Notes: generated by a model from the sequence alone, not told the origin. 64,000 nucleotides of DNA from Balanoglossus misakiensis (GCA_040954595.2 CM082590.2:8246001-8310000); one strand, 5' to 3'. Numbered from the stretch's first letter, positions 25,245 to 38,110 are shown. Numbers and translations are program-made.

Positions 25245-25564
25245 ATCGAATCAAAAAAAAAAAAAAAAAAAAAACAAGGTGTACTTTCATGCACTTACCA
25301 TATACTGAGAGACTTTTCCCTTGAAACTTTTGACTGATTTCATGAGTATAGGTTTTAACATCGTCAGCAATCTGGGTCGCCTGATCATGGAATTCTACCT
25401 AATTACTTGCATTTCATGGCAATCTGTAATAAAGCAAAATATTTAAAAAGTGTAAAAAATTAGAAATAAACTGATAATTTGTTCCAAAAGAGATCTTGTT
25501 GACCATATGATGGTATTTTAGAAAATTTGCATATTTTGACCCATAGATACATAGTGTATGCAAG

Positions 25565-25695
25565 CATACATACATACATACATACATACATACATACATA
25601 CATACATACATCCATACATACATCCATCCATACATCCATACATACATACATACATACATACATACATACATACATACATACATACATACATACAT
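25565..25695. repeat. (CATA)n microsatellite
   Basis: Tetranucleotide run that explains the MYVC/HTYI spurious ORFs. Confidence 0.97.
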
Positions 25696-26819
25696 GTACA
25701 TACAGACACGCATACACGTGTTGCATGCATGCACACGCATATACTGTACACACAAACAAACACGCCCACACCCCCACGTGCAAACTTCAAAGTGACTTAC
25801 TGATCGGGCAATTGTAGCGTCAGCGCTGGCGTAACCATCGATTTTTGTGAATTTAGGGGTTCCCATACAACAACTGGAAAGGCTTCGCTATTAATCCTCA
25901 CTACAGAGCACGGCGTTTCCCTTGGAGAGACGAAAACTAGTCTTGTTTGGGTTTGCAAGCTGAGAACAGAGGCAAAACGTGTCATTTTCAGCCAGCTTCG
26001 GATTCAGATTCAGATTCCCAATACCCTGAAGAAGCAGAGGATTCTGGGTAACCGAGACTACCCTGTCTGGTTCTCGCCGAATTCCGTATTCTCTCCCTCT
26101 GTTTTGTCCCCAAATATCGACCACCTGAGAAATTAACACATTTATTTACTTTCTCGTCACAAATTGCGTTCAGTTTGGTGTTCGGGCGTCTTGAATCTTA
26201 ATAACAGCCTGCCTGATACCACGGGACGTCTATAGAGGGCGCTACATATAAGACATAGACGCGACAGACGGTTACCAAGGAGACTAGACATACTCATATA
26301 TGCCAAAATCAGCCCAGCAAACGCCCCATTTTGATCAACACAAAATAAAGTATGAATAAAGATTCATTGCCATGGTGATCTGTTGATGGTGACACTTTGA
26401 GATCCTTCATATTTTACAAGTGTCCTGTATAAATGCTGATTATTGCCACAAGAAATGCACGTAAGTTTGAGATTTTGAAGAAAATAAACCAAACTCTAAT
26501 AAATGAAAGTGTGCTCTGTTTATTTTCTTAAATGACAATGTCAACAAGACAACAAGAATATTGTCTTCCCTTTACTTTTGATAAAAGTAACTTGAGAATA
26601 ATATGTTATCATTATAGAGTCAATTCTTCGAGAACATTAAATAAGGAGAATATGGCTATTTATAATATCAAAATGAGAACACTAGTATTTACAATAAATA
26701 CTTTAATAACACATGTCTGAAATAAATGACAACGTTAAATTTTCTCCAAGTTCCAAAATACATTTGTGTAAATTTTACCAAACAGCACCCAATCTCAGAT
26801 CCTGATCGCAAAATTGGTC

Positions 26820-27175
26820 ATAGCGCCATTTGTAGTCGACATTGTAAAACAAAAGAAACATTTCTCCCATAACATGGCGACGCCCTCGAAGGTTGGCGAT
26901 GTACATAAACATTGTCTCATCTGGCAGTATCGGAATCCTGATGGGAGAATTGGTCATGGCCCCCTCTGCTGTTGCATTGTATATAATATCCATCACGTTT
27001 GCTAAAATATATTAATATATGTGCAAATGAAAACCTGCGACTAGTATATTAAATTCAATGTTTATCCTCCAGTATCAGAATCTTGATAGCAGAATTGGTC
27101 ATGGCCCCCTCTGCTGTTGCATTATATATAACCCATCACGTTTGCTAAAATATATTAATTGTGTGCAAATGAAAA
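26820..27175 (-). promoter_or_regulatory. Cluster of four co-oriented CTCF-like motifs, partly within a ~144-bp direct repeat
   Basis: Minus strand: acagcagagggggcc (two copies, ~26958-26972 and ~27103-27117), actacaaatggcgct (26822-26836) and accttcgagggcgtc (~26879-26893). They resemble the CCASYAGRKGGCRS consensus. Motif match only. Confidence 0.4.
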
Positions 27176-28074
27176 ACCCACTATATTCACGAATGACAAT
27201 GAGACATAGCATTGATTATCATGCTTTTTATTAAATACCAATGAACCAGATCACAACGAAGCTTGCAAAAATGTTCATGTAAAAATATCAACTGAATAAA
27301 AATTACAAATTTACTAAACCAGAACACTAGGCTTACATGTACTAATTCTAAACGTATCACCCCTGTTTGTGGTGTACAACTATACTGGCCAACCACAGAT
27401 TTTTTCATGATGTATGATTTTCTTAATTTCCCGGGACCCCCAATGCAAACATATATCTCAATGTTTGATTTCAATATGTTTGGAATTGTTAACAATGTAC
27501 TATCTACATATTCTCTCGCAGGAGTGAAATAAACAAATATGATCCCAAAACAGAAACAATTTGGTGGGAAATTCCATTAATTATTTGTCAGACGATCAGC
27601 AGTTTAAGATCCTTCTTTGAAGAAACACCAAACATGGCCGTGTAAATCTCGTTAAACAATCAAGCAGAATAGATGAATTCCAGTGAAATAGATTTGATGA
27701 TATAAAACCAACAGGACTGATATATGCTGAGAATTCATCTTCATGGTAACCAAAAAGTGGTTTGAGAGTTTGTACATATCTCGGTAAAATATCGCAATAT
27801 TTTAAATTAAATGTACATTATTTTAAACTTAAGAATTGTAGTGTTTGTCGATCCTCTTATGGGAGTGATGCTGGTTAAATTCTTATAACCATGTCAAATG
27901 TTAATTACATGCAAAGTATCAAAGGTCAATACCAAACTAGCATTTACAGCGTCACAAATCAAAGGCCATGGGTCACTGGTATAGCTCAGATGTTGTACGC
28001 GTTTTATGAATGTTTCATCGTGAAATAAAGTATTGGGGCTTCAAGTTCTTGTAACGTTGACTGTTTTGATGCTC

Positions 28075-31000
28075 CTAGTCGGTCTTGGTGGCCTTTTTCT
28101 TGGCGTAGAACTCGTTGAATTGTTGATCGGTGCCGAATATTTTATCCCACCATGTGAATGTGGATGAGTAGTTGCCGTTGAAGTTCATGTGATGGAAATC
28201 ATGGAATCGAGGTCCTTTTGAGAGAAAAGAAGGAAGGTGTTAGAAATTCAGAAAAGGACACAGTTATAAAATGTCATTTCTTACATGTGTGCCCCGTAAC
28301 AAACAAAATATTTCAAAGCCTTGAGACAATTTGAGGACTTCTAGAAATTTCTCCGAGTCAGCCCTATACCTTTGCATGTAGTGTGGATAATTTTCTTGAG
28401 TCACCAGTGAGTTTGTTGAGTCAGTGACACTTCATATGAGCTTAGAGGGCATATACACTGTCTCTTACAGACAATGGAATAGTGTTTGTGTTTGACGTGA
28501 ATATAAAACTTGGTATACATCAATAAAATATCCAGATCGAATGAATATTAGTGTAATCCAACAATTTTACTATTCAACCCCTATTCCACTGTAAATGAAA
28601 CAAACCAAACCACTGGTAACGGTTGGACTCAACCATATTGTTGCGCTGACTAGGGGTGGTCGAACTTACCTCCATAGAACGGCAGCAGTTTCAACGGATT
28701 AAGGGGCAGGTCGTAGCCAGTGTGGACATCCACCGTCTCCAAGAGTCTCAACAAGAGCCACGCCCACAACAGCGCGAAGTGGTTCGTGAACAACAGGACA
28801 CCGATGAAGAACCCAAAACCAAGAACTGAAAGAAACACGATAAATAACTGATTAGTTATTTCACTCAGATTTTTATTTTTTAAATCTTTCCATCCAGTCA
28901 GTTAGCAAACTCAGAATTCGAACACACCACAGTACAAACAATTAAAAACATTTCAACTTCATAAACGGACAAAGTCTCTCTCTCGCTGCCCTTTTCCCAT
29001 TAATTATGTTTGATACAGGACACTGTTTATGTTATTCTTAGTTTCTACATGTGGATATGTAGTGAATCAACATTCGACCACACACAACTTCCATCCCGCT
29101 TGTAGGATATGAGAGAAAAAATCTCGCCATGGTTCAATCCAAACTCACTGTTTTCTATGGTGAAGTTGGGCCTCTATAGAGGGAACTGGGGGTGAAAGGG
29201 TTAATATTGGTTGTCCTTTGACTCTGATTATGTGAATGCCAAAATGGTCAGGTAGCTTGTAGAGAAATTATCTGGTGATACAGTTATATCTACCTAAAGT
29301 ACAAACCACATGAAAAAAAGTGGACTTTGGTCGGACAAAATCTGGACTCTTATCACTGAGGGAAAGGTAGGGTATTGTTATAGTAAACCTTTAATATCTA
29401 ATCGTACAAATAGTTTACTGTATTTTTTTCCTTTTTTCATCTATAAATTCAAATTCATCTTACCTAATGTTTCAACTGGGTGTGCGTACTCAGCAACCAT
29501 TCCAAACGGTGCCTGAAATAAAACAAGACAATTTTTTAATCAAATTCATCAAAAACAGATTTTCTACTTATACACACCTCTGTATAGTGGCCACTTTGTT
29601 ACAGTCCCTGTGCAATTTACATGTTCATTAATTGACCTGTCTATAGGCCAGTTTAGGGAAGTGCCTTAGCTGGTCATTATAGACAGGTTTGACTATATAC
29701 AAGAAATGTGGGGATTTCTGAAATCACTGTAACCTACCTGGAAGGTATGATGGATCTTGTGTACGTGTTTGTAGAGTTTCTTGTGGTGAAGCAGACGATG
29801 GATGAAGTAATGCCATGTATCTTCTAGCACCAGACATGCAAGGGAACGCAATGCTAGATCATACCTGTTGGTCAATATGGAAGACATAATTACCCTTTGA
29901 ATGTCACACTTTTTGCTGTCAAAATTTTATGCAACATTTTTATCAAATTTCACAGATTTTTCCCATTTTCTTCATAATTTTAGACCAAATGGACATAATT
30001 TTCCATGGTCTGCAAGTCTTCATCAAAATTTTAGAAAAAATATGGTTAAAGTTATGATGTTGACTATGCCGTAAAAAGTGTTCAATATGTTTCTTCATGC
30101 GTGAGAATGCAGAGATATTTTCCAGCTAGCAGTTGTCTGAACTAGTACTCTGTTGCCTGGTCAGGCAATAGTTCACAACAAAGTTACATGTAACATAATG
30201 TTAAATAGGTGACAGTTTTTAACCCTTTCACCACCATGGTTTGGTCCAAACCAATTGTCTTCAATGGTAAAGTTGGACTTCAACACATGGAAACAGGGGT
30301 GAAAGACTAAACTTCACTCACCATGTAGGCATGAGTTCCCAGTTGTACGGAATGTCGAACATTTCTGTGTACATGTAAATCCCTCCAATCAAAGGAAATT
30401 GCACACAAAGATGATTAAATATTAATAATTTAAAACACTTCCACTGGTCTTCGACTGTTTCTTGTTTGTCCTGCAGAAAAAAAAAAAACAATAATTACAC
30501 AAGATAAATACAAGAGGTCGAATACCAGTGACAGCCATATTAGTATTGTCTATAATTCCTTAAAAAATTCCTAGACATAGCCCTCCCTGGGTAATAATAC
30601 AAGTGATGTGCCCGCCCTTCTGATCAGTCAATATATGTATGATGTGCGGGTAAATAATATATGTTACTGACCTGTTGGATTTTGTACTTCTGCATAGCTG
30701 GGATGAACTGGCACAGGAATGCAGGAGCGCAGATTGCAAAGTACAATACCTAGAAAATAAAAAAATGTCAATTAGTCAATTGATCAATCAGTAAATCAAT
30801 CAATCAATCAATCAGGTAAGAAATATATCACTCACTCACTCACTCTCCACTCACTCAGGTAAGCAATGCACTAACCAACCAATCAATCAATCAATCAATC
30901 AGGTAAGCAATGCATCAATTGATCAATCAATCAACTGGTCAACCAACCAATCCGTATGGCACACACATTTTTACATTATATATATATCAATACATTGATA

Positions 31001-31764
31001 AACTGATAGATAGCTTTTCATCTGTGCTGTGGGAATATTGGAGTTGCATAATTTGGCAGGCCACACCCTGCCTGTCAAACACTTATGAAACAGGGAACTC
31101 GTGGTGTGTGATGGGGCAACACCCTGATATCTGTTATTGCCAAATTTTAGCAAAATACTGACATAACGCACTTCCAATTTACATATCACAGGAGCCAATA
31201 TCAGGCAGTTTAGCAACAAAACTAGACGTGGGAGGGGGTGAAGATGTTAAATGGAACAGTGAGTGATCTGACAATGATGTCATCCTATCAGGTGATATTC
31301 AATGTTATGAAACCTGGACTATATTTCTAACACGCATTTTCTTCCAAAGTTTATGATAAAACAATTGCAAGTATCTTATAATGCTAATTAATTCTGCAGT
31401 CAAGTGAATCAACTTAAGGCTCACCCAGATAGGGCCCACCTTAAAAATCTTACAAAACCGTTGTTATGGTGATACCAGTAATTGACACCTATTGTCTATT
31501 TCATATACTATTAATTGACGGAAAAGAGTGCTAAAATACTTAAATATTAATCTGGTATCTGTTGTTGTTATTAAAATAATATAAGATAACTCTTACCTCG
31601 TGATAGATGAACGAAATCCATGATGCGATTGCAAATTTGGAATAGTTGTCAGTCATATATGTCCAGTAATATTCCATCGTCGGTGTGAAGGGGTTATCGG
31701 GTAAATATTCGAGGTACTCCGTCGCCAGACGGACTGTAGTCACGAGTGTATCGTTCTCCGTCAT
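28075..31764 (-). CDS. MSMO1: Methylsterol monooxygenase 1 (sterol C4-methyl oxidase, SC4MOL/ERG25 family), 288 aa, 7 coding exons
   Basis: Exons (minus) 31597-31764, 30672-30749, 30322-30470, 29738-29864, 29464-29512, 28670-28825 and 28075-28214 are all GT-AG and in phase (867 nt). His boxes HRLLH, HKIHH and HDFHH. Family motifs [36 protein letters not shown] and [17 protein letters not shown]. Confidence 0.96.
30219..30310. mobile_element. ~90-bp piggyBac-like MITE in MSMO1 intron
   Basis: ttaa-ccctttcacc...ggtgaaagac-taa. It is the reverse complement of the 25151-25244 copy. Confidence 0.7.
30775..30950. repeat. (ATCA)n/(CACT)n low-complexity repeat in MSMO1 intron 1
   Basis: Runs of aatc/caat/cact. 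Confidence 0.8.
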
Positions 31765-31849
31765 CTTCGGTATATTTCTGTGGTTTTGCCGGCGTTAAAA
31801 CACTTCTCCACGCCCAAAACACGACACAAACTGACGAAAAGACTGTCTG

Positions 31850-32760
31850 TGACTGATATAATGATGATAGTCCTAATAACCTGAGCTGACCCAGTCTGTT
31901 TTGTAAGAAGCTGCCTGATTGGCTTAGAGTCATCGGCTGATGGCAGGATTACCCAATGACGTTTCGTAATCGTGTTAGATTAGTATTTCTACATAAAACA
32001 GCTGTCAAAACGAGCGCATACGACAGGGTATCTTTTATTCGAGTGGTTCAACAGATTCTAATGTGTTCAAGGAAATATCATGCTACACAGCAGCATGTAG
32101 ATTTTTGAATTAGACAAATGCGCACATGCCGAAATCTCCACACGTACACACACGATCCGGCGACATGACATTATGTAAATAAGGGAAGTCCTTAGGTGTG
32201 ACGTCATGATACAGTTCCCAGGGAGTGTGACCCAATGAGATGTGAATGACCTTTCATAACTTTGTCCCTTTATTTGGGGTATCATGTGACACGTCAAGTT
32301 TTAAAGTTTGCAAGTACAATAAGTTAGAATATCTCTATCGTGTCGAAATTGTTTTAATTCTTCTCAAAGGCCTGTTTAATGTAATATTTGATAGCAAACT
32401 TTGCATGATGGTTGGGAACTTTGTGTGTACCTGCACAGACTTATGCGTCAAGTTCTGTAAAATAAGTTGTCAATAGTTTTACACTCATTGATTCAATATG
32501 ACTTCTACGAATTCGTTTTCGAGAGATTTCTTAATATCAACGATGTTAAAATTTATAACGATTGTAAAGATACGTGGAGAGGTTAATCTATGTGACGTAA
32601 TTGAGTCTCGCCTAAATTTCAACATTTTAACGTGATTTTGCGTACGTGATACGTGTCTAATTTTGGAATCTCAGTGTGTGCGTGACAGCCTTGCGTTTTT
32701 AAGATAAAGTTTGCGTGTTAAAGCCTTGTTTTTCTGATCTTTGACCCCGAAACATCCCGT
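31850..32760. promoter_or_regulatory. Shared head-to-head promoter region of MSMO1 and the PNGase F-like gene
   Basis: The two ATGs are ~1.0 kb apart and divergent. CCAAT/NF-Y boxes (ctgattggct 31915-31924; ccaat ~31953), an SRE-like atcggctgat (~31932), a CRE tgacgtca (32199-32206) and an E-box atcatgtgac (32281) are present. The region is CpG-rich. Confidence 0.6.
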
Positions 32761-32783
32761 GATTGTCGTTTGTACATTTCAAC

Positions 32784-35700
32784 ATGGCGACGTCTGTGGG
32801 ACGACAATTCTTTCTCGTTTCGTGCACGTTATTGGCGGCATTGCTGTGCCAGAGATATGCTGTCGTCGACGGTTCTCCGAAGAATGTCTTCAAGTCGTGG
32901 GATCTGCCAGACGACACCGAAGCGAAGAACAACGTACACATGGAAGTTGCGGACGACAAAATCTCCGTCGATGAAGATTTCAACGCCATTTTGGAAAAGG
33001 GGGTTACCAAGGATACGGTCAGGCGGATAAATCGTCACACATTTCTCCAGGCCGAAGCAAATTTACAAGTTAGGAGCAAAGATTCTTTAAGATCCCAAAA
33101 GTCTGGAGATGTACCCTCGAATCCCTTCGACCCTGGACAACCAGCGAAAGGTTTTACAGTTCGGACACTAGAGGGCGAGCTAACATATCCCTCAGATGCT
33201 ATGAAATCGGGCACACCTATATTAGTGCATGTCTTCGACAACCGTTCATCTCTGGTTGAATGTATGTGGACATCGAATGAATCTCTCAGCGCGTTTATCG
33301 CCAACAGTCCGAACAACACACATTACATCTTTCTGTCGCCGTCAGAAGACGCCGAGGGAGACGTCAAGTGGATGAAGAACCAACTTGAGAATATGATGCG
33401 AAAGATGATGATCAACTTAGAAGTCAGGTAGGCACCAATATGTCAGGGATCTAGAAACTTAAGTGGTGGACTATACCCAGATTCAGTGCATGGTTATCAT
33501 ATTCCATAGCCTTATATGTAGAATTTAAAGTACTGTTCAATTTTGTTAGATGATATAAAGAAAACACTCTGTCACTGTGCTTAATTTTTTGGTAGAGCTG
33601 TTCAGATATTTGCAACATAGGACAACAGGACAGCATTGGGATGCTTTTTATATCATAGTTTACTGGAAATTACTGAGTAGGATTGTTCTTTTTGCTTCTG
33701 TTTAGTCCTGTCCATGTGCGTGATTTGCAAAGTCGCCTTCATTACGTCACAACGCCAACATACAACGTGGGTAACTGGATCCCGGCAGTTATGAAGTACT
33801 ACGCATGTCTGGACCATGGGTGTGGTTACGACCAGATTCTGTTCGAGTCAGTCGGTCAGTAATATCAACTGTAGTGTCCTCTTTTTCGACTTTTGAAAAT
33901 AATGTGCGATGCTTTGCATTATTTTCAAATTTTCTGCAAAGAAACGCCATAAAATATTAAATCATTCTAAAAATGACATGAATGAAACCACTATGTACAC
34001 GAAGTTGCTCAGACTGTCCTCATCTTGCGCGACATACCTGACCGACAGAATTCTACTCTTTATGACACCAGATTTAGCTCTTCCACCGGTTGTAGTCAAG
34101 CGTCTGGATGCCAGATACGACTGGTTGCCTTCTCCAGTGTCTGTGATTCAAGACGCGACAGAAATAAGCAGCGGTGGTAACGGTTGCCAGAAATCCGAAT
34201 CCGTCAAGGATCTTATCGCTCTGGTATCCTGGGATGGTCAGTGCAGTTTCTATGAAGCGGTACGAGAAATAAATATTCAGATAAGCCCTCATATGTTAAT
34301 TTATCCCTTTTAGCGGCTCACAAGGACAAGTGTATCACGAGAAACAATTTCAGATACACAGGGAAGATATGCAGAATTATTATCGGTCAACTTCGGCCAA
34401 TTCTATGTCGAAAGTGTTCACAACAGTTGTACTTCACATAACTTTTACTAGGTCTTGAGTATGCAGCAATCCGGGGCACTTGGCGTGATCTTTTACTCCC
34501 AACCCGGCGGTTCCATCCAAGATATGAATTGCCATGGCGACGAGTGCGACTCGAGACTCAGCATTCCGGCGACCATGATGCCTTACAATGGCGAGATTCT
34601 TCAAAGGTAATAAGGACCCGGATGTTGGCCAGCATGAACAAATCACGCTAAACTACTGAAATTGTCGAAAGTTGATGACTATGCACCTTTAAAAAAATCT
34701 GGTAAATTTACATGTACATGTATATGCATTTGGTAACGTATGACGTCACATATACAGGTAGTTTGGAATGTATGCCATCACCAGGGGCCTCATTGAAAGA
34801 GAACTTGAATTTTCACTCGACTATTCGTGTATTCATGTCTTTCAGACTACAAGCCAAGCAAAAAGTGACGGCTACTTTTCAGAACACGCCTTCTGATAAC
34901 TTTTTCTTCGGCATCGACGGAGGAGGTCAGTTGGCAGAAATAGGGTGGCTCTTGTACCCATCCTTGCAGTTTCTGACGTGGCAGGCGCAGTGGTAATTTG
35001 TCCCGTTTTTCTCTAAATTTCGATTCTATAATATTCGCGATGATTCATTTCTGGATGTTCGAATATTCGGGAAATTGGCCGAGGAACTTCGCGCTGTGTT
35101 TACGGTATTTTGAAGATAATCGAAATTGTTAACATGTTTTACTGTAGTAAATGTACGACTTTGCAAACAGGTATGGCCGCAAATGTATTTTAAAGTAATT
35201 TGTGACGTCATTTGACGGAAAACGTGGGCTTTCTGTTGTAGGTTCAACTTCAAGGCCGAGGTTTATCGCAATTTGTCAAAGGAGGCGCTGGTAGTCTCTG
35301 TTTTCAATTTCACCATTATGCAAGGCGATACGGGCGTGGTAGCTACAACCAAACTACCGAAGTTGGAAGAAATGTCGAGGTATTCTCTTGTCGAGCTAGA
35401 CATGTCGTTATCCTGTCCTGGGACACGTGACGAGACCTGTCCTCCTTGGGACCACACAGTGCAGCTGTACGTCTGTTGCGACAAAACATCACCCCTTTGC
35501 GGCATGGAGCTTGGCAGGTGGATCACCCCGTTCAGAAGGTACGGCTGTTTCTATTGGTTAGAAAGTGAAGTGTGGCCATTTTTGACATTAAAGAGCCAGT
35601 GACGTCAGCAAGTTGTGTGACGTCACCGTCTCAAATTTTCCAACAGGCGCATTGGTCGATGGCTGACTGACGTCACACCGCTGTTACCACTCTTCACGTC

Positions 35701-36878
35701 CAACACATGCAACTTGACAATGAAAACTGTTCCATGGGCCAAGGCGTGGAAACCGGCGCTCAATCTCAGGCTATCAGGGTACATGAGCCAAAAAGGTAGC
35801 TAAGTTTACCCTCATTTAATTTTAGATGCACATTCTTAATATTTTACTGATTTAACCACGTGACCGACCGACCAAGCAAAGAGTCAGACAATCAATCGAT
35901 GCAATGATGAAAAGTGACGTAGTTATTATTATTCTGAAGGTACTACATTTTGGAGTTTCAATATATTCCACAAGTTTACCATTTTCCTCTTTCTCAGATT
36001 CTCGTTCCCATAGCAACAACATCCAGCCTTATCAGATCACACCATTGTTTCGCGGGGGCACTTTCAACAAATCTTACAATGCCAAATACTCACCAATAAA
36101 ATTTACTGTGCCAGATCAGGCGAAAAAGGTGGGTGATTGTATATGACCAAATAAGGTAACATCTAATTATGCAGAGCGGCCAAATATGGTATTGCAAGAG
36201 GATGACGGTATGGCCATATAAGGGATAAACAAGTCGACCTGAGAATTATATGAATTTCCTTGCATTCAGGACAAACAGATTGACACTGTCAGGTTTAAGT
36301 AAAAAATTTACATATTCAAATTTTCAGGTTGCCATTGTTGCCGTGATAACCGGACACGGAAGTGACGAAAACGGATGTGGTGAGTTCTGTCCAACTTCGC
36401 ACCATTTTGTTGTCAATGGCAACCACTCAAACAACAGAAGCTTTGATATTGCGGGTGAGTAATGATCTACACATTATTTTATTAATTGTCCTATATATTT
36501 ATCTCCATGGTAACCATGTGTGTAAACATCGCCCTCTAGCGACTGGAGTGACTACAGTAAATGCAAGCAAAGTGTGGGCGCTACAAGTCCAAAAATACAT
36601 CAAATAACATTTTTGCAGGCACTCAGTTGGGATGTGCTGACAATGTCCCCACGGGGGTTGAACCCAACGAGCACGGCACTTGGCTGTACGGACGCGACGG
36701 GTGGTGTGACGGACGGGAAGTTGACCCCTGGGTCATCGACATCACCTCCCAGGTGACCAAAGAGGGCGCTAACAATGTGACGTACTATGGCTGGTACAAC
36801 GGAGGTGACCCTGACCCCCGCGAAGAACCTGGCTACATCATCATGTACTCTTATTTGGTGTTTTACCGAAGTTTTTGA
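32784..36878 (+). CDS. Secreted/lysosomal PA-domain + PNGase F-like (peptide:N-glycanase F fold) protein, ~748 aa, 10 exons
   Basis: Exons 32784-33427, 33706-33854, 34072-34259 (alternative acceptor 34078), 34452-34606, 34846-34992, 35242-35538, 35647-35795, 35998-36128, 36328-36454 and 36619-36878 are all GT-AG and in phase (2247 nt). There is an N-terminal signal peptide and a PA-like segment (IALVSWDGQCSFYE..GALGVIFYS...IPATMM). PNGase F-type motifs: CPPWDH, ELGRWITPF, WLTDVTPLLP, ITGHG, CGEFC and GTWLYGRDGWCDG. Confidence 0.88.
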
Positions 36879-37060
36879 GGTTCTACACGGTGAAAACACA
36901 ATTTGAATATTAGCTATGCAACTAGAATGACGATTTTGCAATTTGGTAGAAATTGGCCTTTTTATACTCAAGAACTTTTCAAACTAGCATCATGATTATT
37001 TTCCTGGAATTTGCATAGTAATAGTCTTCGTAACCTGTTCTTCAAAGAAAATCACCAGCT

Positions 37061-37077
37061 GCCACCTGAGGGCGCCC
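37061..37077 (+). promoter_or_regulatory. CTCF-like motif
   Basis: ccacctgagggcgcc is close to the CTCF core consensus. It lies between the PNGase-like gene 3' end and the miR-92 cluster. Confidence 0.4.
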
Positions 37078-37524
37078 TGGACTACGAAGCTTGGGCCAAA
37101 AGTAATGAAACTGACGCCAAAGTTTTTAAAATAACCAGTTTCGAAAATGATCTTCACCTAATGACATTTTAAATGGTCATTTTGGGCCTCTATTGGCCCG
37201 GATTGGCCAAGTGAATTTCGCGAATTTGGCATTTGTCTTGTCTCGCTAGATTCCTGAGTCGCCATCTTGAAATTCTGAGGCCTCTTTGCATGGAAAGTAA
37301 ACTTAACATTGAAATGCTGACCAATAAACTCACCTGAAACTCAGAGAAGCGACATCTGTATTGGCCAAGCGTCTTATTCGGACCGGTAACCTCTGGTGTT
37401 GGTTAGTACCAGGGGGTGCCTAGCCTAGCCGTGTGGGTCAGATGATGAATGGCTGGAACGCAAATCACAGTAGATATTCCCCGGGTCAATCACTACATGC
37501 AGCCGGTGACAATGGTCGCGACAT

Positions 37525-37585
37525 ACAGGCCGGGACGAGTGCAATATCAAGTTTCAAAAGTAAGACATTGCAAAGGTCCCAACCT
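37525..37585 (-). ncRNA. mir-92: pre-miRNA, miR-92 family (copy A)
   Basis: Mature 3p TATTGCACTCGTCCCGGCCTGT (37546-37525). The 5p arm AGGTTGGGACCTTTGCAATGT pairs with it. Basal stem tggtcg/cgacca; CNNC (CACC) 17 nt downstream. Confidence 0.95.
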
Positions 37586-38045
37586 ACACGATCCGACCAG
37601 ATAATTTTCATGTTGAGCGAAAATCCAACCTGAAAAACAAAACACATTCTCGTTTCCAGTGGTTACTTAAAGTGTCATTAAACTGCCAATGCACATATGA
37701 TTGACAAATTCACTAACAAAAATGCAGAAAAAAGTCACATTTTTGTCGTTTTTTGTAATTTGTCCTTCATAACTGTGTCATACTGGCTTGTAGGTCATTA
37801 GCATTCAGTTCGTTTGTATGCGTTTCTTCATATACACGTACACATGTAGGCAGTAGATATGGTTTCTTTTACTTAGGATTCTCCTTCCAGTACGCCCATA
37901 AGCTTGCAAGGACGTCGTCGTGTGGTGAACACTTCGTGGTGTACATATTTCGTGTAGTGGCTTGTTATTCATCTTTATCCATCTCTCTACGACCACATTC
38001 AAAGTCACAATTGTAGGAAACTTTGGTGCCATTCGACTGCATTCT

Positions 38046-38110
38046 TCAGGCCGGGACCAGTGCAATATTGAATGATAACAGAACACAAAACATTGTACAT
38101 GTCACGGCCT
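38046..38110 (-). ncRNA. mir-92: pre-miRNA, miR-92 family (copy B)
   Basis: Mature TATTGCACTGGTCCCGGCCTGA (38067-38046); 5p arm AGGCCGTGACATGTACAATG; CNNC (CACC) 18 nt downstream. Confidence 0.93.

Noticed and set aside
25414-25866. MYVC/HTYI-repeat ORFs
   Set aside because: They are translations of a (CATA)n microsatellite.
26775-26996. 73-aa minus-strand ORF with flanking splice-like signals
   Set aside because: No recognisable protein, and it is better explained by the local duplication and repeated CTCF-like motifs.
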